This document shows positions 12,137 to 25,900 of a DNA stretch of 64,000 nucleotides, piece after piece. The DNA is taken from assembly GCA_030704615.1 (NCBI GenBank), contig CM060734.1, positions 32,178,001 through 32,242,000 of the forward strand, written 5' to 3'. Below the pieces are notes generated by a model. That model was given only the letters and a program-made list of their open reading frames with translations, ran no database searches and was not told the DNA's origin. Every line of letters begins with the position of its first letter. Within the stretch, counting starts at the first letter, position 1. The DNA comes from Takakia lepidozioides. Lineage: Eukaryota > Plantae > Bryophyta. The position numbers were made by a program, and so were the translations under genes.

Positions 12137-15100
12137 GCACTAGAAATACAAAGCAATGTGGATCGGCAGGAGCCTGTACTGGTGATCATTGGCGGCGGAG
12201 CTGCAGGTGTCTTTGGGGCATTGCAAGCCAAGTCTGTATGCCCACACATGCAAGTTCTAGTCTTGGAGAAGGGTCAGCTTTTGTCAAAGGTTCCTTCCTC
12301 CAACCTCTTGTGCAATATTTTTTAAAGTGGCAACCTACGGATGGTGTTGCATGCATTCTCCGAGCAGGAGATGGGTAGTTGTGCTCACCAACCCTGCCAT
12401 TTATACTTTGGTTATGACAAACTTCATTGCTAATACCAACTGAATACACTTCCCTTCATTGCTGATGATTGGATTTCACCCACTAAGGTATGATATACAA
12501 CAGGAAATTGCCAGTTCATGACAATAATACAGTTACAGCCTTGATGAAATGTTAGAAATAGGATTGGTGGAGAGACAAAGCAAGGAAAACATTTGAGGAT
12601 TTTGAACTTTTAGGAGCATGTGCAGGTCCGGATATCAGGGGGAGGTCGCTGCAATGTGACAACTGGTCTTTTCATTGATCCTCTGGTACAATTTTTCTTG
12701 CAACTCAGTCGTTGTGTATACGAAACATCCCCCTTGTGTGTCAGCTCCAGTCTCTACATGTCTGCAGTTTTTGAACGGTACTCTACTTTGAGGATGTTCA
12801 CACCAAACAAGACCATGGTAGTATGATGAAAGGTCCACACGTCACTACATAGGCTTTCTCTCTTAGAAGTAATCTGACCTGGCCTCTTAGGGTTCCCTTG
12901 TGGCAGCCATTGGCAGGGCAATATCCACGGGGTCATAAGGAGTTGCGTGGAGCGTATTTTCGCACTCATGGGCCAAAGGACACTGCCAATTGGTTCTTGC
13001 AACGTGGGGTTTCCTTGAAGGTGTTCACAACTTTTTTAACCATGTTATTTTTCTCAAAGTACATGCATTCTTGCACACAGAGTCTTCCTACGTACCTGTA
13101 GGTGAAGACTGGTTGGCGGCTTTCATGGATGGTGCTCTGTCTTGGTTAGGGTATGATATTATTATCCTATTTCATGTGTTCCACCATGTTGTTCTCCTGT
13201 GTCCCATTGGCCCTCTGTCGGCTTCCCATAGAAATGATACGGTTGTGCTGCCCTCTCTTTTGGTGTCCTATTGTAATTCTTCTGTGTCCTTAGGCCCCTC
13301 TGAAGAAGAAATTGTTCTTCTTCTCTCTTTTCCTGTCTGGGGGCCTCCTGTTGTCTCCGGTCCCCTGGAAGCAAGACTGACCTGTCAACAGTCTAAATCA
13401 TGGCAGAAGAGGGGGGAATAAATTTTAATGGCTTGTGTTTCTTGAGAAGTCAACGGAAGTGATAGAGATTCAGCCTCATAAGACCACAGAGGAATGTTGC
13501 TCCAAACTGAGTGAGCTGAAGCCTGGTACAAATCTACTCTGAGTTTCTGCATAGCCTCTGATGAACAACTGGGACCGAATGAGTATCTAAAGGGCCTTCC
13601 CACATTGGGCTGTAATTGAAGTTCAAACTTACGAGTACACATGAAATTCAGCTAGCTTTGAGAACCCTCAAGAACAAATCTGGATGAACCAACTTTATAT
13701 TGCATGTAGTCTCATACTGGAGTGAGCGTTCAGTGGCCATAGTGGCGCCTACTGCTGTTATCACTGGCCCCTCTCCTCTATCCTGTTGTATCCAAAGCAG
13801 CTGCAGTGTCTACAGATGGCAATCGACTTCGAATGAGTAACTATCTCTCCTGCACCCTTGGAGACTCAGTTTAAGTATTCTGTGTGAGACTAGCTGAAGT
13901 AGAATTCTATATTGCAAGAGGAAGCCAGGGTGGTCGAACAGTGATTGTCGGAGGGGTTATCTGCAGTGGCTTCTCTAGCCACAAGATATGGTTGCTTGTA
14001 TGCTAGTTGCCCTTTGCATGAATAGTGACAACTATACTCACTCGCCAGGTATTTGAAAAAGAGAGTGAGTGATTGATATGTTATGTGATGGTAACAGCAA
14101 CTGCATTGGACATCTACCTGACAGATGGAGGAAGATGGCCGGATGTTTCCAGTGACTGACAGCTCAGCAACCATCGTGGAGTGCCTTCTGAATGAGGCCC
14201 GGCGCATGGGAGGTATGGTCTAAGTTAGAGATTGCGGGTGTCAAAACAGGATTGCACAGGAATATATGGTTTAGTCTCCCTCTTCGCTGCTCAAAGCGGT
14301 CTCGTAGGCAACCTCTTCCTCGTTGCCCGGACTCACCCCATCACTAGGGGCGATCCTGATGTGTTCCCCTTCCAGGTGTCGCCGGGCAGCTGAAAAGTCG
14401 AATATATTTCTTTCCTAGCATTAGTGGATAGTTTCGCCAAACATACAGAGACGGCTCAAGGCATCCATCACCCTGGATGGTGACGGCTCACGGAACCCGC
14501 CACCATTGATGGTGGCCGCCCAAATTGTATTCCATATCATTCAGCTTGTCAGGTACACCAAACTCTAACCGTCAAGCCTTGCATGGTTGATGACCAGCCC
14601 AGGGGTGCTTTCCACTGTGTCTTCAGTCACAATCTAATTGCTGTTTTGGTCCTGCTAGAGTAAGCTGAAGTTTGCAAGTAGAATGTCATGGGGTGTGAAA
14701 AAGCTATGGAACTGCACACCAGCAGGGATCCTATTGTTCTCTCACTTGGCGTCGCTTCCTCCCACCAATCTGGCATCAGTCCCTCGTTATTGATTGATAT
14801 ATCAATATATATCAATATTTTAGTCCCCATTAAATTGGATAAACGCCAGGGGCAACTTAGCCAGCAACATTTGTAGGCAAAGTGGGCTGTCTGAAATCTC
14901 TGAGTAATTGAGTTTGACAGTGTTGCTACAGGATCGGACGAGGGTCAGTAGCATACACATTGGTAAGGCAGGAAGGTTTGACGTTCAATCGGCAAGAGCT
15001 AATGGAGGACAGCAACATGGAGTTGAAGCCGATTATGTGCTTCTCGCAACTGGTAGCTCACGGCAGGTTTGTATGCAAACTTTGTGTTGAGTTTGTGTGG

Positions 15101-18100
15101 AGCAGACGGTTTTGGAGAATACATGTACTCTTTTGACTGTTTCCAGCAAGTCTGGCTGACAAACTTTTCCCCTGGGGATACCAACAGTCCCAGAGTTCTC
15201 TGAGGGGTGTTAACTGCCATGGAATGGAAGTCTCCCATGATGCCATGATGCTCAAGCATAGCTGACAACAGCCCAGTGACAGAGTGATTGAGTCTTGATG
15301 TTTAAGGGATGGTGTTGACATCGTACTAGAAAGCATCCGGTCATTCAAGTATAAAGGGTGATGTGATTCAATTGTTGCTGCAGGGATATGATTTGGCAGC
15401 GCAAATAGGCCATTCTCTTGTGGAACCTCGACCCAGTCTCTTTACCTTCAAGGTCAAGGATCCAGCGCTCACGGAACTCGCTGGGGTACATCTGTCACCT
15501 GCTGTGCTTTTGAGTTATCTGTCACATCTAACAATTCAAATCATATGCTGCTTGTTATCTTACTCTTTATGTCAATGTCTTGCTCTTTCCATCAGAAGTC
15601 TTACTGGAAATTTTTCTCTCTCCCTCTTTGGTGATGACTACTTGTTCCTTGTTTGATGATCTCTTCGTTGCCTCTTGGTGTTCTTAGACTGACTTCTATT
15701 TGTTAGAAAGGACCGGTGTACTGGTGCGGTGAGGTAGGATCCTCATACGTGATGGAATATCAAATATGGAACAAGCTGTCACTTTGCTCATATGTCGTTT
15801 GCTGGTCATAAAGTGTCTGTTTATCTCTCTATTACTGGCTCTTGGTTGCTCTCTTATCTACCGTTGGCTTGGCCTTGGTCGTTGTCACTGCAGGTAAGTT
15901 TTGACAAGGTCCAAGCAGAGTTACACATACCTGGGCAAAAGCAACGAGATCCACATCTCTCCCAAGTACTCTACCGATTTTGCCCCTCTCTCCCCCTCCC
16001 CCCACCCCTTCACCCACATAGATATGAGGCCCCAGTGCTTAGCAGCTCACCTACATGATGCACTATCTCTCATAGTGATGTTTGGGGTTCCCAACTCATT
16101 CTACAGTGTTCCACAGGCCTGCTGGCCTCCTCGTTTTTCTTTGTCTCAAGGCACGTATTATTTCTTTCTTCTCTTTCTTCTTTTTGTGTTCCCTTTTCAT
16201 CCCATAGCTCCTTCAGGCCTCCAGTGGATGTTATTGATTTTATTTTGTCCTTCACACGATCTTGAGTGACATTACAGAAGGAAGATTATATTCTTGTTCC
16301 CCTGGCCCTAGATTGTCTGTGCAAGTTATGATGGAAGTGATTTGCGAAGGATGCGGCCTGTATTCTACTGTCCTGTGTGTAGACTGGACCACTATTGATA
16401 ACTCACTGGGGATTGAGTGGCCCTGTGGTGCTTCGCCTCTCTGCTTGGGCTGCACGACTTCTCTTTTCTTCAAATTATCAAGGTCAAATGGGTCTGACTT
16501 TGTTTCCCAACTGTGACAGAGCTGAAAGCTAGTGAGACTTGGTGGTTTAGTACACTTTTTGCTTGACTGATCTCATTCCTCCGATCCAGTTGATCAACGA
16601 GAGTTCCAAGAACCCCAATGTGTGGTGCTGTTCGTGGTATAAAATTCAGATAGAGAACACTGATCAAAGCATATGAAACTGACTTTGACAAGTTGCATGA
16701 AGCAGGGACACTGTTTGTTGATTTTTTGCCAAGCATGGCTCTTGATGAGGTGTACGAGAGCTTGGCCAGCCAGAAACAATCCTGTCTGGTAATTTTGGCC
16801 TGATTTCCTGCCATACCAACTCACAACAGAAGGTTGCAGGCTTGAAAGGCAAATTCATTGTATCAGTTTTTACATGTTGGTCTTCAGTACATTCCTGGGT
16901 GTTGTTTTTCTTCCTGCTCCTCCAAAGTTCCTAATCATGTGGTTCCTACCCTCCTGTGCGTTCTTCTACTTGTGTCCCTTGGGCTCCCTCTGACATTTCT
17001 AAAGGTTTTTTTCAAGTGCTCTCATATTGTTCCACTTTATGCAATGGGGCCTTGTGTCCCCTTGTGGAGACATTTTAAAGTTTCTTGCTCTTGCTTTCTT
17101 CTCTCTGGGTCCGATTACAGTGCCATGACAGCCATGTGTCACATGATTGTATACATGAAGTGTACTACCAGCTCTCTCCTGTAGTTGGTTTTATTGTGAG
17201 ATGTGCATGAGCACTGTGGCCAACTTTCGAGGTCTTTATTCGAGGTCTTTATTCGATATGGTGTTGGGTGTTGGTCTAGACAAGTTGGTGGAGTGTGGAG
17301 CATACTGTATATCTAGGATGGGTGATAATGTTTACACTCCAGCCTGTATTTGCTAGACATGGTCAATGAGTGCATCGCTCTGTCTCCAAGCTTATAGTGT
17401 GTTTTTTTTTTTTTTTGTGAGGCTACTGTTCTTTGTCTATTCGCAGGTCCTCTAGACCTCCTGGAACATCATAAGTTTCTTCTTCTCCCCTTTCCAGAAT
17501 GGGCATGTAGGATGAGAAGTCTCTTTGAGACTGTCCACCCTGTGCATTCACTTTCATCGAAGTAAATGTATATATATATATTGTAAGGTGAGGTGGCAGT
17601 GCTTTGCATGCGTGAAAAAATGTTGTTGTCACTGTATTATATCATAATCTACAAATATATATGCTTTAATGAATTAATTGAAAAACATCTTCAGTAAAAT
17701 TTAATATATCAGCTTTTAACTATTTGGTACTTAAATGCTGGAGATTATGCAAGGAAAAGAGATGTATGGTGGTCAACAACAAACTCAATATTCTGTCTTT
17801 TATGTGGAATGCCTGCAGAAGCGGAAACTGGGTTGGGCAGCACCAGGCAAGCTTCCTTTGGTTCGCAGGTTCTGGCATTACTTGGTGCAACGTGAGGTGT
17901 GTCCTTGAGTCTTATGCCAACAATCTCTATCTCAAAAGACTCGTTATACCTGACAAATACTAGTTCCACATAATGTAGGCAACATACATGTCCCTGTATT
18001 TGACAGGGATTATGTGGAGCTAGCTGTAGCATGAGAGACCATGTGACTCTAAGAGAGTCACAGGTGTCTAGGAGAACAGAACTCCAGATAGTCCTATGTT

Positions 18101-20742
18101 CAGAATACTGAGGCCACACTGAATGTGCCCTGGGTTCAAAACCACTGTAGCCTATGTTGAAGGTTGCACTACACATACAGCTGGGCCCCAGTGGACTCTA
18201 CTTAACCAAATTAAGCATTTGTGGACGAGGAGAAGATGTTTGCAACAAAAATGCCCTGCATGTGGCAAGTGAGCCGATTGTCAGTGGCCATTTGAAGTGC
18301 CCACTTCCTAATGGAGGCAGTACCCTTGTGGGTCACGTAGGAAGCTGGCTGGATCATTCATTTTTTCTGGGCCAGGAATTACTGAAGATTTACCTAGTAA
18401 AAACCTTGAAAATTTCTAATTTTTTAAATCTGCGTGAGTATCTGCTTGACTTGGTATTGTTATCCTGGCTGCGGTAACAGGAGGGGTCCTGGTGCAGGAC
18501 TTGGACAAGGATGCCCTCTGGGCTGCATTGTCAGCAAAAGCATTGCGACAGCTATCCGCCATTCTGAAAAGATGCCCCTTTTCTGTGTCTGGCAAAGTAC
18601 GTTCTCTCCGGGATAGGAAGAGTGCAGTAACATGAGTTCGGTCTGTTCAATTATGCTTTTGGGAATTGTGTGTGTTGTGTACCTTCTATCCTGATTCTGC
18701 AAGTTGCACGGTCTTCTGTAGGGCGAATTCAAGGATGAGTTTGTCACTGCTGGCGGAGTGCCTCTTGCAGAGGTGTGGCTCTTATTCCTTCTCTGTGGAG
18801 AGTGCAATGTGACTTTTTGCGTTTGTGCCAGCAAGAGTAGGGATGGTGTTGGTTGTGGGAGAACTGTAGCAGTTCCATACTGAGGTTATCACAAAATAAT
18901 AGGAGTTGGATCCCGAGGGGGATGACCAAAAGTCTATGGCATTTCCTTTGGGAACATCATCACATTTATGAGAACTGTCTCTTTCACATGGAGCCAGTGT
19001 CTCTCATTTGCTTCCAATGCTTTCTTTGTTATGTATTTCTATCCCCTGAACTTTTTGGCATGGATATTGCAAAGCTCCTCTTTTTTTCAGTTTCTGCAGG
19101 GGTTTGGTCTTAGAGGGAAAATGCATAGTAGATGTCGTGTTGAGTAAATGTTCATTGTAGAAGTTTCCCACATCTTAGCTTGTTGTAAACACCTTTCTTT
19201 CCTGCACCAGGTAAATTTGAAGACTATGGAGAGCCGAATATGTCCCCATCTATTTTTGGCAGGGGAGGTAAGAATCTGAGTGGCTATGATCAAACTGTTA
19301 AATTATGCTGCGGAATACTCACTACTCAGAGCTGAATAGGAAAGCCTTACAAACATAGTATTTAGAGAGGAAGAAGAGACTGTAAGGGTGTGAGCAGTAA
19401 GAGCTGCCTCTTCTCTTCCTCAGGAACCACTTTCAATCACTTTTCAGTGCCTGGGGTTTTGATTCTGTTTGTCTTGGCCACTTCAGCTCTTTACTGACAA
19501 CTCTGGAAGCACATGGTGCTGGTGGCCTTGGAATTGTATTAACCCTGTAACTACGTGGTCCTGACACATTCATTGGGTCTACTCCCTAGGCACCAGCATG
19601 AAAAAGTTTTCGAAGTATCACTTCAGTAGTCCCTGCGGACGAGTGATTGATCAATGATCTAATCATGACATAGTTAGAGGAGAGTCCAATAATGACAGGT
19701 CATGTTCATTGTTTGGGTTCCAGGTTTTGGACGTTGATGGAGTAACAGGGGGGTTCAATTTTCAGGTAATTTAGACATCCTCTCTTTGAAAAATGAGTGA
19801 ATCACGTGGTCCCGAGGAACCCCCATGTGGGTTGTGTAGTCCGTGTGGCATATTTTGGGATTTGGGCCATGTGAGTTCCAATAAATTCTCTTTTACTTTT
19901 TTGTGAGCTCTCTTTCTATGTGGCTGATTGGGGCAAGTTTGGCGTACCACCAAACTCAGGGTGGGGAGTCTACCTTTGAACAATAAACAGATGTGAGTGG
20001 AAGATTGTCAATGCCCGATGTGCGGATGGCCTGAAGACAATATCCATTTTCTGATACTATGTCCGGGGTATTCTCATCCGAGAGCAACCCTCTTCAGGAA
20101 TCAAGAACATAATCCCTGCACCTCTGTTCACCAAGTTTGAAAATCCGAGGCTGAGCTTAAAGCCCTAGTCCTGTTGGGGTCTAATTGCTGGGTAGCTCAC
20201 ACACAGCTTATGTGAAGGGCTTTCTAGAGGAAATCCGGAAAGCCTGAACCAATTGTTTATACCAAGTCCTGTTACTGGAGTTAGCATAGTCTGTTCCCTC
20301 TTGTTCTGCCCAAACCTATGGCCACAAGGCTACAGAAAACAACATCTCATGAGTACATCCCCTTTCTACTGTCTCATTGCCCCTGTGGAGGTACAGATTT
20401 TATTTCTTTCTTTCTCAGTTTATCGGCATGTTTTTGAGTGTCTGACTCACAGTCAATGGGACGTAGTCGACCATGAGAGAAATAGGGCAGTCCTGGCCTG
20501 ACCTTGTGACCAGTCATCTGGCGATAACCCATGAGTCTAGTGCATAAAAGCTTTAGAAGGTGAGTAGACCTTGTATGAAACCTTAAGAATCTACTGAAAG
20601 AGGCCCTCAGTATTGGTTGTGGTTGTTGTGACAGAATGCATGGACAGGAGGTTATATTGCTGGCACAGCGATTGGTTCATTGGCATCACTAACAGTGGAT
20701 AGGAGTGTCCTGTTGGTCCCTGGTACTCAAACCACCTTGTAA
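12137..20742 (+). CDS. HI0933/YhiN (BaiN-like) NAD(P)/FAD-dependent oxidoreductase; 15 resolved exons, first exon uncertain (possibly 11821-11901)
   Basis: Exons 12137-12289, 12626-12685, 12907-13020, 14125-14212, 14921-15066, 15384-15485, 15894-15965, 16383-16482, 16706-16788, 17819-17896, 18498-18596, 18722-18772, 19211-19267, 19724-19765, 20635-20742, all in phase. Motifs [67 protein letters not shown]. Confidence 0.93.
19931..20360 (+). mobile_element. Third, longer 3' fragment of the CCHC-bearing LINE family, in the last intron of the flavoprotein gene
   Basis: Translates as [38 protein letters not shown]. The 3' part aligns by eye with 3490-3779 and 3885-4170 and ends in ATGAGTACAT. 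Confidence 0.75.
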
Positions 20743-21663
20743 TGGTCCATGTGGTCATTAGACTGCTTGTCAATGCCTTGTGGCCATAAAATCAACTTTT
20801 TGTGCCAATTCGGTTGGACAGAAATGTACTGATTGACGATCATCTGCAACATTTTTGTGAGGAGGTGCTGCCATAGTCCCTGTGGTATGCTAACCCACCC
20901 AGAGAAAATTGTCGGGGTCTCTGCCACCAGGGTAAATGAGATTAAGCTGACATTGACATTACGTTCGCCTACAGCTGATGAGAGTCTTCTTATACAAAAT
21001 GTTGATTCTACCCATGTTCTACACGTTCTACGTATGAGGTTGATGTTGACAAGCCTTATTGCCCAGCATCATATGTAACAAGTGTGTCTGTGGTTACACA
21101 GCCAGTCACACTGTTGATGGAAAGGGCTGCTAGTGGGCGAGAGAGATGAGGGGGCTGCAAATTTCACCTTAACTCAGAGTACAAACTATTGGTAAATGGC
21201 ACTCATTTATATGCTGGCATGACTATGCAGTGCATTAGTGACTGTATGCCTCAAGCATTTGATAGATCTTGGTCTGCACAGATGCTGTAAAAATGTTGTA
21301 GCATGGCTCATTCACAGCATGGATCTTAATTTGGGTCACTTAAGGCTCTACAGAGAAGCGATAGTGAAGGTGTCCACGGAATGTAGTACATGTATATACT
21401 CCACTTCGTAGCTGTAATAGCTCCTGGAATATATTTCTTTCTGAGTACAATGCGAGTCCTACAACCCAAATGGCCGTCAGCCTGCCTGGGAAACTCTCTA
21501 AACTTTATGAACTTGAAATTGGAATTCTTCTGTCATCGGCGTCTGGAAGCACCATGGTAGGCTAGCAAAGCTGGGTGGTTGCTCAATACATCCTGCCACT
21601 CGCAAACTTGCTAGAATGGTGGTGGTTTCCCAGCCTTCAGAGCCTCCAGATCTGCTTCCAGCA

Positions 21664-22157
21664 TCATCTGAATAAACAATATGAACCGGTGAGCATGTGA
21701 GATTCGAGATCCTGCCAGCGCCGACATTCACGTAACTCATGAATTCATGAATGAAAATCTTTCTTCAAAGTGGAGAGAGGGCAAAAGAAAAGTTTTAACG
21801 GTTGGTGCCTGATATATGCCCTGGCAACAGGTTCAAAATTCCAATTCACAGGATCACAGATATTCCATGATGCACCTCAAGGGCCTGGAGCACAGCTCTC
21901 TGTCTGTTTCGAGTAGTTTGCCACACTAAGCGCTTTTGATCACTGAAGGCTGTGTCAAGCTTGAAGGCTGTCTCAAGCTTGGGCTGCTGCTGCTCTAATC
22001 TATCGCCATAGCCCCCGTTTCGAGCGACATATTCAGCACCTCCGGGATCCGATTTACCAACCGCCAGTGATCTCACGGCTGGGAATTCCCTCTCCGCTTT
22101 CTGAAGAGCATCTTGAAGCGATTTCGGGGAAGGAATCATTTGGCGAGAGTCATCCAT
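21664..22157 (-). CDS. Candidate two-exon gene of unknown function (109 aa)
   Basis: Exon 22157-21876 (ATG...GAG|GT) and exon 21711-21664 (CAG|GAT...TGA) give MDDSRQ...RAVLQALEDLESHMLTGSYCLFR. No recognised domain. Confidence 0.4.
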
Positions 22158-22914
22158 TCAAAGCACAGTGAAAATTTTCTCGTTCTGCATGAGAATCTGC
22201 ACCTTGATGCTCTGCAGTCACGTGCATAGTTGAAACCGGTTCGACCCGACCAACAAGCCTACGCAGAGTGGCTCTGTGATGGGGATTGTTCAACAGAGTT
22301 GGAAACTAACGCTTTCAAAGGATTATACATCCTCGCTTCTTGGCCCCGCATTTGCGTAGACTTGATGAAGGCTCAGATGAAGAGACCTGTACATAGAAGA
22401 ATGTCATGAAAGGTAGAGAGAGACGATGAAGAGATGGGTAGTTATGATACCTACCAAACGATCGACCTACTTCAATTAGACACATAACTGCCGCCCACTT
22501 TTGAAGGAAGAAATGAAACTATACTCCACTGGAAGAAACAAGGCGTCTTCAAGAAGTGGATGAAAGTCAAATTGTATACTTTACATGTATCCGCGTTTCA
22601 TTTGTCACAGTCATGGTTGCTCACCTGACCCACATTTTTGGTGAGAGATTGTAGCCATCTGCAGCATGTGAGGACGTTCAATGTCTTCTCAAACCTGTAA
22701 TGAACTATGAGGCAGTTCACATGGGTTGCAATTCGACTTTACAGCTACGGCTACAGCATGGGCGAGCACCGCCCTTCATGATCCAGCTCGCTTTGATCAT
22801 TTATAACCCGACCATCATCTTCGTCGTCTTCGTCGTCAGCAATATCATGCCACCCAGAGCCTGGTCCAACACAACCATTGATGGCTAACTGACCATGAGA
22901 GTGTGGAGACCGTG

Positions 22915-25900
22915 TTATTTGTCGTCCCCCAAGCCTACGGATTTGAGGTCTTCGGCAGTCATGATAACTCCCTTTGGAAGAAATTTGGTGAGCTTTGAGG
23001 CATGTTCTGATAGAATGTGCTTGCGTTCACGTTCTATCAATGTTAGTCTGTGTGCAGCCTCCGCTTCCTCTTTCTTCTGTTGATAGTGTGCTTCATCAAG
23101 CTGCACCAACAACCATGTGCTCTAATTAATAATTTGCTCGCGCTGCTCATGTCCGACAAGCCATCTTTGTTCACATGGCTAATTGTCTTCATAATATTGT
23201 CTTCATACTATTGCATATTGTGGGATGGGTAACGAGACTAATACTGATTTTAAGCCCCGAGTTACAAGTCAAACACTTGTATGTAAATGATACATATACA
23301 TAATACCTACTTGTATGCGTGCCAAACTATGAGCAAGAAGAAGGCGTTCGAAAATAGGAACCTGGGCTTGAAAGGAAGCCTTCTTCATATCCCACATGTA
23401 TTGAATCTCGCGTCTGTGCTCTTGCGTCTTCTCATGCCGCATTTGTGCATTTAGTTGCTCTTGCTTGTGTTCCTGTGGGAATCCAATTTCGTAGATTTTT
23501 AACACTATTCCTTGATATACTGGTCAATGATCCACGAGCTTACATTTAGCTAGAAAGATTACAATATCATGGCGTCCTGATGCATGGCATATAGAAACAA
23601 GGATTTTTCGACTGAATAGCTGCTACGATCAAAGATACAAACGTATAACAAACCTTTGCGAGCTTCTCCATCATCATCTTGTGCAACTCTTGTCGCTCCA
23701 CCTTATCCGCCTCGCGACGGTCTTCCTTTATCTGGAAATACCTCTCACTTGCCAACCTCATATTTGTCTTCATCTCCTCTCTCTGCACACCCAATATAAT
23801 TATTACATGCTAGTTCCATAAGCCAGATACAAATCACTAGCTTACTTGAGATTGAGGATGTGCTTGTAATACTGGGTTGTATAGACCCCTACACCCCCCC
23901 CAAACACTTGAATCGAACTAAACTGAGGGTTTTCTTCCGATTGATATTGTAGTTTAACGATGAAGCGTAACAAGGTCATAGCAAAGGAATGAGATGTATT
24001 TATACTAACATAAGCATGCGTTTGGAATATCTAAGGTGAGGTATTTAGATTTGTGCCTGCTTGCGAATCTCCTCTTGTTTTGCAACGATCTTTTGTTCAG
24101 CCTCCTCAAAATTGAGCTCGTTGAGAGCCTGCTCTATGTCATCCTTTTGTTGTTGTGCACCCTCTTGGCTCATAGCAATCATATTATATATCCTGTAGCT
24201 CACACAATTCCCAACCACAGTGCATATATAGGAAGCATGAATCCTGACGATCTTTGAATGACATTTAACCACCTAAGTTGATGTCATGAAAAGGGAAAAT
24301 GATGGCCGTACTTTCCTGTGCAACTAATTGAGTGGTTTATGTTACATGATACCATCGGGGAGAGATCGGAGGTTCATTTTATAACATGTACTCAAGATTT
24401 GGAGGACAGATTTGTGCATAACGATAGGATTCAAAACACCACCAATAAGTTGCACGCACCTTGCAGCCTCGTCTTTTTTGGCCTTGTCAGCAGCTTCTTT
24501 ATCGGCTGCACGTTTATCCATACTGAGGCGATGCTGTACAATTTTCTCGTCTTCTTGCCTGCGTTCCTCTTTCTTCCATCCATTCCAACAAAATGTGCAG
24601 GTCATTTCCACTGATATAGAATTGAATTGACAGGCAATTTAGGAGTTATTTGAAGAATGATGCTTACCTCTTTCGCGACCCTTTCAGCACGGTCTGTCTT
24701 GAATTTTTTCATGTACAATTGCTCCTTGGCATTCTTTTCTCTGATGACAAATATCAAACCACAGCTTATCTATCAACAGTACCCATTAGTCACAAAGCTT
24801 ATCCTATTGGATTTTCTTTTACTTGAATAGAGGATCATATTAAGCTATCAGTTTATCTCGATTGACACTTTAAGGAATTTCCTTAGTTTAAAGTCTAATG
24901 AAGCCAAGTGTGATGAGAAGTACTCACATTCGCTGCTCATATTCCAATTTTTCTTCTGCCTTGCACTTCGCAGTTAACTGTCCATGATTTCCATATCATC
25001 AAAACACACACACACATGGTTAGCTAATTCTCGTTGGCGGTGTGCTTTACGCAAGCACCTAAATGCTTAGTTTCTTGCTAACATGTGAGCATTTTCATGT
25101 TCCAGCTAGAATTTATCTTATTTAAGTTAGTAGGTCCATTATTTTCTACTGTGAGATGATTGAGTTTCTTAGGTGATCCTTGAAGGTCGGTTGCAGTAAA
25201 GCTGCAACGATTAGAGCACTCGCACTACTGTATCAGGCAGGCAGGTTTATGAACAATAAGCCAGATAAATTGATTTTCCTCAAGTGACACAAAAAATGTT
25301 GTATAATTGTCAAGATTCTCTGGTCTTCCCTGAGCATAATGTGGATAGGGTCAAGAGAGACCTTTTCTAGTTCTTTTCGATCGTTGAGATCTTCCTCCAT
25401 TAGATTTTGCTTAGCATCGATTCGTTGTTGCATTTGTTCGTCCAATTGTTCCCTTGCTAAAAGCTGTCAATCTCTTCCACCCTCACCAAGTCACAAACTC
25501 CTCCATTGCAACATTGTGTGGTACATAGCTCTAAACCTTTGAGGCTCATTCTAAGGAGAAGGAATAGAGGCAGCTCATTCACGTTGAGAACTTAGTACTT
25601 GATAAGTTCTAATATGCAGTCATAGTAGGATTGCTTCAGGAAACACAGCTGCAAAAATTTCAGTAAATTGAGCCCGGCCCCAAGACTAACCAGAGCAGCA
25701 TGCGACTTTTCAGCTTTGATTTGATCCAACCTCTTGGACTTGGCAATCTCTTGCTCCATTATTTTGTGATAAGCTGCATCACGTGCGGCTTTTTCTAACT
25801 CCGAAATTCGCTTCTCCTCCAACTGACACACTTACAGCGACGAGCTATTGAATCATATTTGTATGTGCATAATGCTCTCCCAATTAGCTCTCAATTAGTA

